Assembly (NCBI GenBank): GCA_965279525.1
Contig: CBDIIB010000004.1
Span: 160,001-224,000 of the forward strand
Reading direction: 5' to 3'
From: Tagaea sp.
GTDB lineage: Bacteria > Pseudomonadota > Alphaproteobacteria > CACIAM-22H2
DNA: 64,000 nucleotides
Under the pieces are notes generated by a model, which worked only from the letters and a program-made list of their open reading frames with translations, made no database searches and was not told the DNA's origin. Below are positions 1-10,054 of the stretch, piece by piece; positions within the stretch are counted from its first letter, which is position 1; each line of letters begins with the position of its first letter. The position numbers and the translations under genes are program-made.

Positions 1-700
1 CGGGCAGGACCGTTCCGTCGGCAAGCTGCACCCCAGTCGCCTTGCCATCGTCGCCCAGGATCGCTTCGGTCTGCGCGCCGAGATGGAGCGAAATGCCGCG
101 CGCCGCCAGCGCATCGGCAAGCAGGGACGCGGCGGGCGCGTCGAGCTGGCGTTCCATCAGGTCGGGGGCGAGATGGACGACGGAGACCGCCACACCCCGG
201 CGCACGAGCCCGGCTGCCGCTTCGAGACCCAGCAAGCCACCGCCCACGACGACCGCGCGCGAACCGGCCGGCAACGCGCACATGCGCGACACGTCGGCAA
301 GGTCGCGGAACGTGGCCACACCGTCGAGATCGACGCCCGGCAACTTGAGGCGGATCGGCCGCGAGCCGGTGGCAAGCACCAGCTTGTCGTAGCGGATGTC
401 ATGGCCTGCCAGCGTGCGTATGGTTTTCGCACCCCGGTCGATCGCCTCGACCGTCTCGCCGGTGACGAGCTCGATGCCGTTCGCGGCGTACCAGGGCCGC
501 CCGGCAAGTGCTATGTCGGCGAACGACTTGTCGCCGGCCAGCACCGACGACAGCAGGATCCGGTTATAGGCTTCGTGCGGTTCCGCCCCGATCGCGGTGA
601 GGCCGCCCGACCGGCCGCGCGCGACCAGTTCCGACAGCAGCCGCTGGCCGGCCATGCCGTTGCCGACGACGACGATGCGCGGGGCGGCCTTGCCGGTCAT
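1..700 (-). CDS. nirB: NAD(P)H/FAD-dependent nitrite reductase large subunit (NirB/NasB-type), N-terminal part; runs off window
   Basis: Manual translation MTGKAAPRIVVVGNGMAG...YNRILLSSVLAG...LVLATGSRP...VVVGGGLLGLEAA; ATGA overlap with upstream ATPase stop; nitrate operon context. Only the N-terminus is visible. Confidence 0.75.
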   Translation of the reverse strand, partial: MTGKAAPRIVVVGNGMAGQRLLSELVARGRSGGLTAIGAEPHEAYNRILLSSVLAGDKSFADIALAGRPWYAANGIELVTGETVEAIDRGAKTIRTLAGHDIRYDKLVLATGSRPIRLKLPGVDLDGVATFRDLADVSRMCALPAGSRAVVVGGGLLGLEAAAGLVRRGVAVSVVHLAPDLMERQLDAPAASLLADALAARGISLHLGAQTEAILGDDGKATGVQLADGTVLP

Positions 701-1503
701 GCCGCGAGTGTGGGCGCCTTGTGGCGCGCATAGAGGAACTCGAGCACGGCCGCGCGCGCCGAAAGGTAGGTCGGATGGGCGACGAGATCGAGGCGCTTGC
801 GCGGCCGCGGCAGGTCAACCGTCAGTACCTCGCCGATGGTCGCGGCCGGCCCGTTGGTCATCATCACGATACGGTCCGAGAGCAGCACCGCCTCGTCCAC
901 GTCGTGCGTGACCATCAGCACCGTATTGCCGAGGCGTGCATGGATTTCCATGACGGAATCCTGCAGGTGGGCGCGCGTCAGCGCGTCCAGCGCGCCGAAC
1001 GGCTCGTCGAGCAGCAGCACCTTTGGCTGCATGGAAAGCGCGCGTGCGATGCCCACGCGCTGCTTCATGCCGCCCGAGATCTCGCCCGGCCGCTTGTCGC
1101 GCGCATGCGCCATGTGGACGAGCTCGAGATTGTGCGCCGTCCACTCGTCGCGTTCGGCCTTGCTCTTCTTGCCGGCGAACACCTTGTCGACCGCAAGGCG
1201 CACGTTGTCGTAGACGGTGAGCCAGGGCAGCAGCGAGTGGTTCTGGAACACGACCGCGCGATCCGGACCCGGCTCCTCGACCGCGATCCCCTGCAGGAAC
1301 ACGACACCCTTCGTCGTGTCGGTGAGGCCGGCGACGATGTTGAGCAGCGTCGATTTCCCGCACCCCGAATGCCCGATGATCGAGACGAACTCGCCTTCGG
1401 CGATCTCGAGATTGACGTCGTGCAGGACCTCGCTGACCGCGTCGCCGCGGCGGAAAGTCTTGTCGAGATGGTCGATGCACAGGAACGCGTCCTGGATGCT
1501 CAT
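697..1503 (-). CDS. nrtD: Nitrate ABC transporter ATP-binding subunit
   Basis: GHSGCGKST Walker A, ISGGMKQR, LLLDEPFGALD, VFQNHSLLPW. Confidence 0.9.
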   Translation of the reverse strand: MSIQDAFLCIDHLDKTFRRGDAVSEVLHDVNLEIAEGEFVSIIGHSGCGKSTLLNIVAGLTDTTKGVVFLQGIAVEEPGPDRAVVFQNHSLLPWLTVYDNVRLAVDKVFAGKKSKAERDEWTAHNLELVHMAHARDKRPGEISGGMKQRVGIARALSMQPKVLLLDEPFGALDALTRAHLQDSVMEIHARLGNTVLMVTHDVDEAVLLSDRIVMMTNGPAATIGEVLTVDLPRPRKRLDLVAHPTYLSARAAVLEFLYARHKAPTLAA

Positions 1504-1525
1504 GCGTGGTCTCCCTGTTCCGCGT

Positions 1526-2422
1526 TCAGTTCGATGCCGTGCCGCGCGTGATGCGCGTGGCGACGAAGGCGACAAGCCGGTCGAGCACGAAGCCCACGAT
1601 GCCGATATAGACAAGCGCCACGACGATGTCGGGGATGCGCGAGGAGTTCCACGCGTCCCAGATGAAGAAGCCGATGCCGATCCCGCCAGTCAGCATCTCC
1701 GCCGCGACGATGGCGAGCCACGCCAGGCCGATTCCGATGCGCAGGCCCGTGAAGATGTACGGGGCCGCCGACGGCACCATGATCTTGTAGAAGAACTCGA
1801 AATGGTTGAGCCGCAGCACTAGCGCCACGTTGCGGTAGTCCTGCGGGATGTTGCGGATCCCGACCGCCGTGTTGATCAAGATCGGCCAGATCGCCGTGAT
1901 GAAGATGACGAAGATCGCCGAGGGGCTCGCGTCGCGGAACGCCGCCAGCGAGATCGGCAGCCAGGCAAGCGGCGGGACGGTGCGCAGGATCTGGAAAACC
2001 GGATCGAGGCCGCGCATCGCCCAGACCGACTGGCCGACCACCGTGCCGACCAGCACGCCGACGATCGCCGCGAGACTGAAGCCGATCGCCACGCGCTGGA
2101 GCGAGGTAAGGACCCGCCAGCCGAGTCCCATGTCCTGCGATCCGGCCACGAAGAACGGATCGAGGATCAGGTCGCTCGCCTCGCGCCAGACGACCGTCGG
2201 CGACGGCAGTGTGGCGCCGGGGCGGTCGAACGCGATCTGCCAGATCGCGAGGATGACGAGCGTGGTCAGCAGCGGCGGCACGACCGCCACGCACAATGTC
2301 CGCAACGCCGGCACGATGCGCGTGGAGAAGGCCGGCGTGGCGCGCTTGAGCGGCACGACCTTGGCGATCGCCCCCGGTGTCGGGGGCGATGCCACTGCAA
2401 GCTTGCGGGCGGTGGCTGTCAT
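1526..2422 (-). CDS. nrtB: Nitrate ABC transporter permease
   Basis: DMGLGWRVLTSLQRV, LRTVPPLAWLP, GIGFFIWDAWNSS motifs. Confidence 0.9.
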   Translation of the reverse strand: MTATARKLAVASPPTPGAIAKVVPLKRATPAFSTRIVPALRTLCVAVVPPLLTTLVILAIWQIAFDRPGATLPSPTVVWREASDLILDPFFVAGSQDMGLGWRVLTSLQRVAIGFSLAAIVGVLVGTVVGQSVWAMRGLDPVFQILRTVPPLAWLPISLAAFRDASPSAIFVIFITAIWPILINTAVGIRNIPQDYRNVALVLRLNHFEFFYKIMVPSAAPYIFTGLRIGIGLAWLAIVAAEMLTGGIGIGFFIWDAWNSSRIPDIVVALVYIGIVGFVLDRLVAFVATRITRGTASN

Positions 2423-2436
2423 GATCGGCGTCCTCC

Positions 2437-3726
2437 TCAGACGGCGGCGCGCTTGATGCGCTGGGTCTTCAGGTAGGCCATCGGATCGGCCGGATCGAAC
2501 TTCACGCCGTCGAAGAAGGTCTCGACGCCGCGCGAATCGCTTGCCGGCATGTTGGCCACGCCCAGCGCCTTGGCCGCTTCGCGCCAGAGGTCGGCGCGGT
2601 TCGTCTTGTCGACGAACGCCTTGATATCCATGTCGGGCTTGAACCGGCCCCAGCGGATGTTCTCGGTCATGAACCATGTGTCGAGGCTCTTCCACGGAAA
2701 GGACGTGGCTCCGCCTTCGCCCCAGAACTTCATGTAGAGGTTCGTTCCGGCCGACTTTCGGCCGAGGCCGTAGTTGATGTCGCCCTTGAGGCGGTTGACG
2801 ATGTCGGCCGGCGGCACGTTGAACCACTGGCGGCGGCCGACGATGTTCGAGAGCTCTTCCTTGTTGGCCATCGATTCGCACCATTGCTGGGCTTCCATCA
2901 CGGCCATCAGCATCGCCTGCGTGGCGCGCGGGTTCTTGTCGACCCATGCGGCGCGCATGCCGAGGATCTTCTCGGGGTGCTTGAACCAGAGTTCGCCGGT
3001 GGTCAGCGCCGAATAGCCGATGTCCTGGTTGACGAGCTGCTCGTTCCACGGCTCGCCCACGCAGAAGACATCCATGTTGCCCACGCGCATGTTGGCGACC
3101 ATCTGCGGCGGCGGCACGACGATGACGCGGATGTCGCTGTCGGGATCGATGCCGCCTGCGGCGAGCCAGTAGCGCATCCACAGGTCATGCGTGCCGCCCG
3201 GAAACGTCACGGCAGCCGTGAGCTCGCCGCCGCGCGCCTTCTTGCGCTCGAAGGCGGCCTTCAGCGGGGAAGAGTCCTTGCCGACCTTGAGGTCCTTGTA
3301 CTCGTTCGAGACCGAGATCGCCTGGCCGTCCTCGTTGAGGTTGAGCATCGTATAGAGCGGCGTGGGTACGTTGTTCTGCGTGACGAGGCCCGACGAGATC
3401 AGATGCACCATCGGGCGCAGGATGTGCGCGCCGTCGATGCCGTTGCCTTCGCCGCCCAGCACGATGTTGTCGCGCGTGGCACCCCAGGAAGCCTGCTTGG
3501 AGACCTCGACGTCGCCCACGCCGTATTTCGCGAACAGGCCGCGTTCCTTGGCGATGATGAGCGGTGCCGAGTCCGTCAACGCGATGTAGCCGAGGACGGC
3601 CTTTTTCGTTTCGGGGCCCGCACCTTGGGCGAAAGCGCCGGCCGGGAAGGCGGCGCGCGCGGCGGCGAACAGGGCGGCGGTCGCGGCTGTGCCGCGCAGC
3701 AGCTTGCGGCGGGAGATTGCTTTCAT
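2437..3726 (-). CDS. nrtA: CmpA/NrtA-family nitrate-binding protein with Tat signal
   Basis: SRRKLL twin-arginine leader; LGYIALTDSAP, TFPGGTHDLW, FCVGEPWN, HPEK. Confidence 0.9.
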   Translation of the reverse strand: MKAISRRKLLRGTAATAALFAAARAAFPAGAFAQGAGPETKKAVLGYIALTDSAPLIIAKERGLFAKYGVGDVEVSKQASWGATRDNIVLGGEGNGIDGAHILRPMVHLISSGLVTQNNVPTPLYTMLNLNEDGQAISVSNEYKDLKVGKDSSPLKAAFERKKARGGELTAAVTFPGGTHDLWMRYWLAAGGIDPDSDIRVIVVPPPQMVANMRVGNMDVFCVGEPWNEQLVNQDIGYSALTTGELWFKHPEKILGMRAAWVDKNPRATQAMLMAVMEAQQWCESMANKEELSNIVGRRQWFNVPPADIVNRLKGDINYGLGRKSAGTNLYMKFWGEGGATSFPWKSLDTWFMTENIRWGRFKPDMDIKAFVDKTNRADLWREAAKALGVANMPASDSRGVETFFDGVKFDPADPMAYLKTQRIKRAAV

Positions 3727-4994
3727 CGATCGGTCTCCTTGATTCGGATGGAATGCGGGGAAGCTGGGCTGGCAGGGCGCTGGAACAGTTCCGTCGGGTC
3801 GAAGACGGTGCCGTCGCAGAAAAGGTCGGGGCCGAGCGATATGTCGCCGCCGGCTTCGGCAAGCACGTGCGTGCCGGCGTGGGTCCCTTCGGTCTTGAAG
3901 TCGACGGCTGGCGCCGCGATGCCGAGGCGGCTGGCTGCCGCGCGATAGATGTCGGGCCGGTAGACGGCATCGGCCGTCGCGGCGAGATCGCACGACGCAT
4001 CGAGCTGGCCCCAGCGGCGCATCTGCAGGAGCGTCCAGAGCGCGTGGCTGCGCCAGGGGAACGGGGCGGCATACCGGTTGAAGACGTGGAAGTCCGTGAG
4101 CGTGCGTGTCGGTTCGCCCGGTACGGTCAGCACGTGACCGCCGAGCGTGGCGGCGACGAGTTCGACGGGTGCATCGACATAGGCAGGGGTCGCGACGAGG
4201 CGTGCCGCGTCGGCACGGTTGTCCGGATCGTCGAGCCAGCGGCACGCGTCGAGCAGCGCCATGACGAGGGCAAGATGCGTGTTCGGGTGCCGCTCGGCCC
4301 AGGCGCGAGTGGTGCCGAACACCTTTTCGGGGTGGTTGTTCCAGATGTCGTAGGTGCAAAGCACGACGCAGCCCACGCCCAGATCGACCGCGCGTTGGCC
4401 CCAGGGCGCACCCACGCAATAGCCGTCGATGTCGCCTTCGAGCAGGCGTTCGACCATGCGCGGCGGCGGCACGATGACGAGGCGCACGTCGCGTTCGGGA
4501 TCGATGCCGGCCGATGCCAGCCAATAGCGCAGCAGGTAGTTGTGGCTCGAGAACGGGAACGTGGCGGCAAAGCGCAGCCGCGGCAGGCCGCGCGCGGCGC
4601 GTGCCGCGATCGCCGCGCGCAGTGCTTCACCCGTCGCCCGGGCTCCGACGATGGGTGCGGAGGCATGGTTCTTCAGTTCCGCCCAGAGCTCCGTCGAGAG
4701 CGTCACGGCGTTGCCGTTGAGATTGAGATTGAGGCCGACCACCATCGGCGTGCGGAAGCCGCCGAGCCCGAGCGTGGCCGCCAGCGGCATGGCCGCGAGC
4801 ATCTGGGCGCCATCGAGCGCTTCGACCGCGACCTTGTCGCGCACCGTCGCCCACGACGCTTCGCGCGACAGCTCGACATCCAGACCGTGGCGCTCGAAAT
4901 AGCCCTTCTCGCGCGCCACCACGAGCGGCGCGCAGTCCGTCAGCGGCACGAAGCCGAGCGTGATCCGGTGTTTCTCGATCCCCTGCAGCGCCAT
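3723..4994 (-). CDS. nasS: NasS-like cytoplasmic nitrate sensor (CmpA/NrtA fold, no signal peptide)
   Basis: LGFVPLTDCAPL, FPFSSHNYLLRYWLA, YCVGAPW; no leader peptide; nasT nearby. Confidence 0.7.
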   Translation of the reverse strand: MALQGIEKHRITLGFVPLTDCAPLVVAREKGYFERHGLDVELSREASWATVRDKVAVEALDGAQMLAAMPLAATLGLGGFRTPMVVGLNLNLNGNAVTLSTELWAELKNHASAPIVGARATGEALRAAIAARAARGLPRLRFAATFPFSSHNYLLRYWLASAGIDPERDVRLVIVPPPRMVERLLEGDIDGYCVGAPWGQRAVDLGVGCVVLCTYDIWNNHPEKVFGTTRAWAERHPNTHLALVMALLDACRWLDDPDNRADAARLVATPAYVDAPVELVAATLGGHVLTVPGEPTRTLTDFHVFNRYAAPFPWRSHALWTLLQMRRWGQLDASCDLAATADAVYRPDIYRAAASRLGIAAPAVDFKTEGTHAGTHVLAEAGGDISLGPDLFCDGTVFDPTELFQRPASPASPHSIRIKETDR

Positions 4995-5009
4995 TCCCGT
5001 CCGATCCCG

Positions 5010-5086
5010 AAACGAAAACGGCGCCCCGCAGAAACCGGTCCAACCGCGTCCGAAGACGGGTTCGCCAGATCTGCGGGACGCCGTTG
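5010..5086 (-). terminator. Intrinsic terminator of the nas leader, overlapping ANTAR hairpin 2
   Basis: Minus strand AACGGCGTCCCGCAGA pairs with TCTGCGGGGCGCCGTT, followed by TTCGTTT; internal cUUCGg hairpin at 5047-5058. Confidence 0.8.
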
Positions 5087-5142
5087 TCCCGAGGGCTTTC
5101 GCCCTGAATGAGGTGCCATCCGCCGCCCGGCGCCATTGCCGG
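5074..5142 (-). promoter_or_regulatory. ANTAR (NasT) dual-hairpin RNA motif
   Basis: CCGGC-AATGGC-GCCGG (5127-5142) and CGGGAC-AACGGC-GTCCCG (5074-5091): hexaloops with A1/G4. Confidence 0.85.
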
Positions 5143-5168
5143 ACGTGTGATGAGCACCCACCACATTC

Positions 5169-5185
5169 AGCAATGGCCGTGCCAA
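5169..5185 (-). promoter_or_regulatory. Sigma-54 (-24/-12) promoter of the nas operon
   Basis: Minus strand TTGGCACGGCCATTGCT matches TGGCAC-N5-TTGC exactly. Confidence 0.9.
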
Positions 5186-5304
5186 GCAGCATCAACGGGT
5201 AGATTTGTCCGTCAATTCAGGTTGTTGGAGCGGAACCTGGATTTCCGCACCGTTCGGGCCGTCGCCGGCAACTGCCGAAAGAACAGGTCACGCTTTGTGT
5301 GCAG

Positions 5305-5321
5305 CGCACAAAAGTCAGGCA
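5305..5321. promoter_or_regulatory. Candidate NtrC-type enhancer site
   Basis: TGCCTGACTTTTGTGCG on minus strand, about 120 bp upstream of the sigma-54 promoter. Confidence 0.55.
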
Positions 5322-5322
5322 G

Positions 5323-5919
5323 TCAGCTCTTCAGGACCTGCGCGAAGGCGATCAGTTCGCGGGCCACGTCGGCCAGGCGCTGTTTGCGATCCATCGCGAG
5401 CTTGCGCAGCGTCTTGTACGCCGCATCCTCGCCGAGGCCGCGGCTGTCCATCAGGATCCCCTTCGCGCGATCGACGAGCTTGCGCTCTTCGAGGCTCTCG
5501 CGCGCCTGGACAAGCTCGCTCTTCAGCCGCTCGTGTTCGCGGAAGCGCGCGACCGCCACGTCGAGGATCGGCTTCACGCGGTTGGGTGCCAGCCCGTCGA
5601 CGATATAGGCCGAAACGCCCGCACGGATGGCTTCCACGGTCGACGTCTCGTCGGACTCGTCGACGAACATGACGATGGGCTGCGTGCGGTCCTCGGCCAG
5701 TGCGCGCATCGATTCGAGCGTGTCGCGATCCGGCGATTCGATGTCCACGATCACGAGGCCGGGTTGATGCAGGCGCATCACCGCCACGAGATCGTCGCGC
5801 GGACCGACGACGGCGACGATCCGGTAGCCCGAGCCGGCCAGCGTCTCGCGCAGCATTGCCGCGCGTGCCTCGTTGGCATCAACGAGAACGATCGGGATTT
5901 CGTGACCTGTGGGCGGCAT
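5323..5919 (-). CDS. nasT: ANTAR-domain response regulator NasT
   Basis: Pseudo-receiver (SPDRDTLE, PIVMFVD, AGVSAYIVDGL) plus ANTAR (RKLVDRAKGILM...AYKTLRKLAM). Confidence 0.92.
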   Translation of the reverse strand: MPPTGHEIPIVLVDANEARAAMLRETLAGSGYRIVAVVGPRDDLVAVMRLHQPGLVIVDIESPDRDTLESMRALAEDRTQPIVMFVDESDETSTVEAIRAGVSAYIVDGLAPNRVKPILDVAVARFREHERLKSELVQARESLEERKLVDRAKGILMDSRGLGEDAAYKTLRKLAMDRKQRLADVARELIAFAQVLKS

Positions 5920-5931
5920 CGGAGGTCAGCT

Positions 5932-5947
5932 TGCATGCTGCGTGCCG
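5932..5947 (-). promoter_or_regulatory. Possible sigma-54 promoter for nasT
   Basis: CGGCAC-GCAGC-ATGC, correct GG-N10-GC spacing but imperfect match. Confidence 0.3.
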
Positions 5948-5988
5948 CCGCAAATTGCCCCGTCCGGAAGCCGGCGAACGCAGCTACT

Positions 5989-6927
5989 TCAACCGGTTCC
6001 CCGCATGCCGTCGGCGAACGGGTCTTCCGGATCGCGCAGCAGCGTCGCCTCGGCGACGACATAGGCGCGGCCCCGGATGCGCGGAACGATGCCGCCATCG
6101 GCGCCCGGCCGGTAGCGTGCGGAAAAGCGGCTGCCGACGATGCTTTCCTGGACCCAGACGTCGCCCGGCGCCAGCTTGCCGTCGGCCGCGAGGCAGGCGA
6201 GCTTGGCGCTCGTTCCGGTCCCGCAAGGCGAGCGGTCATAGGCTCCGCCCGGGCACATGACGAAGTTCCGGCTGTCGGCCTTCGGATCGGCGGGCGGACC
6301 GAAGAACTCGATATGGTCGATCTTCGCGCCGCCGGCTCCGGTGATGCCGGCTTGCGCAAGCGCCCGCGACACCGCGTCGGCAGCACGGCCCAGTTCCGCG
6401 ATGCCGGTCATCGCCAACGCAAGCGGCGACTTTCCGACGAGGAAGAACCAGTTGCCGCCCCACGCGATGTCGCCGACGACGGTTCCCAGGCCGTCGACAG
6501 CGACCGCGACGTCCTTGCGGTAGCGATAGCTGGCGACGTTCTCGATCTCGACTTCATTGCGGCCGAGGAGATCGACCGACACCTCGCCGACGGGTGTCTC
6601 GAAGCGGTGTGTCCCGGGGCCGATCCGTCCCATATGCGCGAGCGTGACCGCCGCACCGATCGTGCCGTGACCGCACATGCCGAGAAAGCCGACATTGTTG
6701 AAGAAGATGAGGCCGGCGGCACATGCGGGGTCCACCGGCGCGCACAGCAGCGCGCCGACGACCGCATCGCTGCCGCGCGGCTCGTTGACGGCGAAGCTGC
6801 GGACCGCGTCGAACTCGGCCGCGAAGCGTTCGCGCCTTGCGGCGAGCGGTCCGTTGCCGAGATCCGGGCCGCCTTCGACGATCAGCCGGGTCGGTTCCCC
6901 TTCGGTGTGCGAATCGATGACGCGCAT
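5989..6927 (-). CDS. 4-hydroxyproline 2-epimerase (proline racemase family)
   Basis: [17 protein letters not shown] and [11 protein letters not shown] catalytic Cys motifs. Confidence 0.9.
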   Translation of the reverse strand: MRVIDSHTEGEPTRLIVEGGPDLGNGPLAARRERFAAEFDAVRSFAVNEPRGSDAVVGALLCAPVDPACAAGLIFFNNVGFLGMCGHGTIGAAVTLAHMGRIGPGTHRFETPVGEVSVDLLGRNEVEIENVASYRYRKDVAVAVDGLGTVVGDIAWGGNWFFLVGKSPLALAMTGIAELGRAADAVSRALAQAGITGAGGAKIDHIEFFGPPADPKADSRNFVMCPGGAYDRSPCGTGTSAKLACLAADGKLAPGDVWVQESIVGSRFSARYRPGADGGIVPRIRGRAYVVAEATLLRDPEDPFADGMRGTG

Positions 6928-6941
6928 GTCCCCCGAGTTCC

Positions 6942-8192
6942 TTATGTGAAGCGCCGCAGGTCGAACGGTGCGAGCGGGACGTCCGGCTTGCCGTCCCGGG
7001 CGAGAGCCGCGACGAGTTCGCCGGTTGCAGCCGCGAGCGTTACGCCCAGATGCTGGTGGCCGAAAGCGTAGAGCAGGTTGGGGGCCGCAGGCGAGCGGCC
7101 GATTGCCGGAAGGTAGTCCGGCAGCGTCGGCCGCGCACCCGTCCAGCGCTGGCGGCTGCCCGGCGACGGCAGGCCGAGCGCATCGGCATGACGGTCGAGC
7201 CGGTTCCACTTGCGCAAGTCGGGCGGTGCCGAGGTGGCGGCGAACTCGGTGAACCCTGCCAGGCGCAGCGTCCTGGAAAACCGCGTGACGATGACCGAGC
7301 GATCCTCGAAGGCGACCGGCGGCAGGTCCGCGGGCCAGGCGTCGATCCCGTCCGCGGTCTCGACATGGTAGCCGCGCTCCGCGATCAGCGGGACGGGACC
7401 GGCGAGAGAGCCGAGCAGTCCCGCCGAGCCGATCCCGGCGGCAACCACGACAAGGTCCGCACGTAGGCGCGCTCCTTCCGCAAGGCGTAGCGCGGCACGA
7501 CCGTCCTCGATCTCGACGGCCGCGGCGCGTGCCGTCCGGATCGTGCCGCCGGCGGCATGAAACGCTGCCGACAGGCCCTCGCGCAGGGCCGGAATGTCGA
7601 CGACCTGGCCCGTGTTCGAGAAGCGCAGCGCGCCGGCGGGCCGGCCGGCGAACAATTCGCGTAGAAGCTTCAGCTCGTCATCCGACGCGTCGTGCGCCGA
7701 CGCTTCACCGAGATCGGCATCGAGCCAGGCGCGGCGGCCCTGCGCGTGGGTGGCGGCACTCTCCCAGGCGACGAAATGCCCGTCGGAGCGGATGAGTGCG
7801 GCGGTGCCGGTCTCCGCCGTCAGGCGCCGCCAGGCCGGCATTGCCAGCGACAGGAGCGACTTCAGCGCGCTCGTCGCATTCGCGAAGCGTGCGGGACTTG
7901 CGGCGGCGACCAGCCGGAGCCCGAAGGGCAGCCATGCCGCGGCATCGCGCAGATGCAGTCCGACGGGACCGCCGAAGGCGAAAAGCCGGCGGGGCAGGGA
8001 ACGCAAGGTCGCGAACGAAGCGAGCGGGGCGGTCTGCTCGACCGCAAGATGCCCGGCATTGCCCCACGACGCGGCCAGCCGCGCGTCCCCGATATCGACC
8101 AGCTCGGTGTGCCAGCCGTCGCGCACGAGGCGCCACGCGCAGGCCGCACCGACGAAGCCGCCGCCGACGACGAGTGCGCGTCTGCCGCTCAC
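6942..8192 (-). CDS. FAD-dependent D-amino acid (probably D-hydroxyproline) dehydrogenase
   Basis: [39 protein letters not shown]; GTG start overlaps upstream stop. Confidence 0.82.
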   Translation of the reverse strand: MSGRRALVVGGGFVGAACAWRLVRDGWHTELVDIGDARLAASWGNAGHLAVEQTAPLASFATLRSLPRRLFAFGGPVGLHLRDAAAWLPFGLRLVAAASPARFANATSALKSLLSLAMPAWRRLTAETGTAALIRSDGHFVAWESAATHAQGRRAWLDADLGEASAHDASDDELKLLRELFAGRPAGALRFSNTGQVVDIPALREGLSAAFHAAGGTIRTARAAAVEIEDGRAALRLAEGARLRADLVVVAAGIGSAGLLGSLAGPVPLIAERGYHVETADGIDAWPADLPPVAFEDRSVIVTRFSRTLRLAGFTEFAATSAPPDLRKWNRLDRHADALGLPSPGSRQRWTGARPTLPDYLPAIGRSPAAPNLLYAFGHQHLGVTLAAATGELVAALARDGKPDVPLAPFDLRRFT

Positions 8193-9130
8193 GGACCCGC
8201 CGGTTTCCAGGCCGCGTACCACGCCTTGAAACGCTTCCAGCTTGTCTCGGCATAGTGGCGCTGGCTGGCCGACAGCGCGTCGGTGCCGATGAAATGCAGC
8301 GCGTATTCCGGATGCCCGGCCAGGACCATCATGTGCTTGTAGTAGAGGACGAGATCGGCGCCCTCGTCGAAGGTCGACAGCACATGCAGCGCCCGGTCGA
8401 GTTCGAGCGCCCGGCGCTCGGCGAGCGGGTCGCCCTCGGCGGCCTTGCGGCACAGCGCGACGAGATGCAGGACTTCAGCGGGCAGCGCGTTGCCGATGCC
8501 GGTGATGGCGCCGATCGCCCCGCAATTGACGAAGCCGTGGAACACCTGCGTGTCGACGCCGACCATAAGCGTCAGCGACGGGTCGCGGCCGGTGATGTGC
8601 TCGGCCGCGTAGGTAAGTGCGGCAGCACCGCCGAACTCCTTGAAGCCGACGAGATGGGCGTGGCGCGCGCGCAGATCGAAGAACAGGTCGGCCTTCGTCT
8701 CGTAGCCGTAGTAGGGACTGTTGTAGATGACCGACGGCAGGTCGACAGCCGCTTCCAGCACGCCTTCGAAATGGGCACGCTGCGCCGCGACCGACGAGCC
8801 GCGCGACAGCACGCGCGGGATGACCATCAGGCCGGCGGCACCGACCTTCTTGGCGTGGGCCGCGAACGCGGCGGCGCGCGCCGGGCTCTGTGCGCCCGTG
8901 CCGACGACGACAGGCACGCCTGCGGCGACCAGCCGTTCGACGCCTTGCATGCGCGCTTCGTCGCTCAGCAGCGGCCAGTCGCCCATCGAGCCGCAATAGA
9001 CGATGGCGCGCATGCCCGACGCGATCATGTGCTTGCCTGTGCGCACGAGCGCATCGAAATCCGGCTCGCGCGCCTTCGTGCAGGGGGTCATCAGCGCCGG
9101 GATCGTGCCGCGGAAAATGTCCGTTTTCAT
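8189..9130 (-). CDS. DHDPS-family protein, probable pyrroline-4-hydroxy-2-carboxylate deaminase
   Basis: PALMTP, YCGSMGDW, IYNSPYY, GFKEFGG; hydroxyproline operon context. Confidence 0.82.
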   Translation of the reverse strand: MKTDIFRGTIPALMTPCTKAREPDFDALVRTGKHMIASGMRAIVYCGSMGDWPLLSDEARMQGVERLVAAGVPVVVGTGAQSPARAAAFAAHAKKVGAAGLMVIPRVLSRGSSVAAQRAHFEGVLEAAVDLPSVIYNSPYYGYETKADLFFDLRARHAHLVGFKEFGGAAALTYAAEHITGRDPSLTLMVGVDTQVFHGFVNCGAIGAITGIGNALPAEVLHLVALCRKAAEGDPLAERRALELDRALHVLSTFDEGADLVLYYKHMMVLAGHPEYALHFIGTDALSASQRHYAETSWKRFKAWYAAWKPAGP

Positions 9131-9192
9131 GGGGCGAAGGCCTTTCTTCGCGGTTGGGGCCGGGCGGGGTCCCGGTTCCCGAGAAACGTACA

Positions 9193-9209
9193 TTGTATAA
9201 AATCTACAA
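9193..9209. promoter_or_regulatory. Candidate GntR operator
   Basis: TTGTA-N7-TACAA in the AT-rich divergent intergenic region. Confidence 0.55.
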
Positions 9210-9250
9210 GTCAATGGCCGCGCTGTCGGCCCTCGGTTATACTTCGCGCC

Positions 9251-9973
9251 ATGTCGACCTCGCTCACCCACCGTACCTTGTCCGCCGCGATCGCGGACCA
9301 GCTCCGGACCGCGATCCTCGGCGGCGCCCAACAGGCCGGCGCCCAGTTACGCCAGGACGCGCTTGCCGCCACCTTCGGCGTCAGCCGGATTCCGGTGCGC
9401 GAGGCGCTGTTCCAGCTCGAGGCGGAAGGTCTTGTCGAGATCGTGCCGCACAAGGGCGCCATCGTAACGGGCCTTTCGATGGACGAGATCGACGACGTGT
9501 TCGACCTGCGCATCGCGCTCGAGCGCCGACTTCTCGCCGATGCGGTTCCGCGCATGTCAGCGCCCGACTTCGCACGCCTTGAATCGGCCCGGCGCGCGTT
9601 CGACGCGATGATCGCCTCGGGCGAGATCGCCGGGTCGGGGAAACTCAACGCGGAGTTCCACATGGCCCTCTATGCGGCCGCGCGCCTGCCCAAGACCGCG
9701 TCGATCGTCGCCGGCCTGCTCCAGACCAGCGAGCGCTATACGCGTCTGCAGCTCTCCTCGTCGCGGGGGCTTGCGAAGGCCGGGCGGGAGCATCGCGAGC
9801 TTCTTGCACTTTGCCGCAAGGGCGATGCGCGGGCGGCGGGCGAGATGCTTGCCGCGCATATCGACGGGGTTCGTGCGGATCTTGCCGCCGTCCTGCGCCG
9901 CACGCCCGGGATTGCGGCGGCAGCCTTGCCGCGACCGGCCATCCGGCAGGCGCGCCGGCGTCCGAAGCGGTGA
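9251..9973 (+). CDS. GntR/FCD transcriptional regulator
   Basis: LRQDALAATFGVSRIPVREAL wHTH; NAEFH and EHRELL FCD motifs. Confidence 0.9.
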   Translation: MSTSLTHRTLSAAIADQLRTAILGGAQQAGAQLRQDALAATFGVSRIPVREALFQLEAEGLVEIVPHKGAIVTGLSMDEIDDVFDLRIALERRLLADAVPRMSAPDFARLESARRAFDAMIASGEIAGSGKLNAEFHMALYAAARLPKTASIVAGLLQTSERYTRLQLSSSRGLAKAGREHRELLALCRKGDARAAGEMLAAHIDGVRADLAAVLRRTPGIAAAALPRPAIRQARRRPKR

Positions 9974-10054
9974 ACTCCGCCCGCACGGCCGGCTTTGCCA
10001 GTCGGGCGGCGGACGCGCTATAAGTCGGCGATGATGCCGGAACCGGAAGACGAC

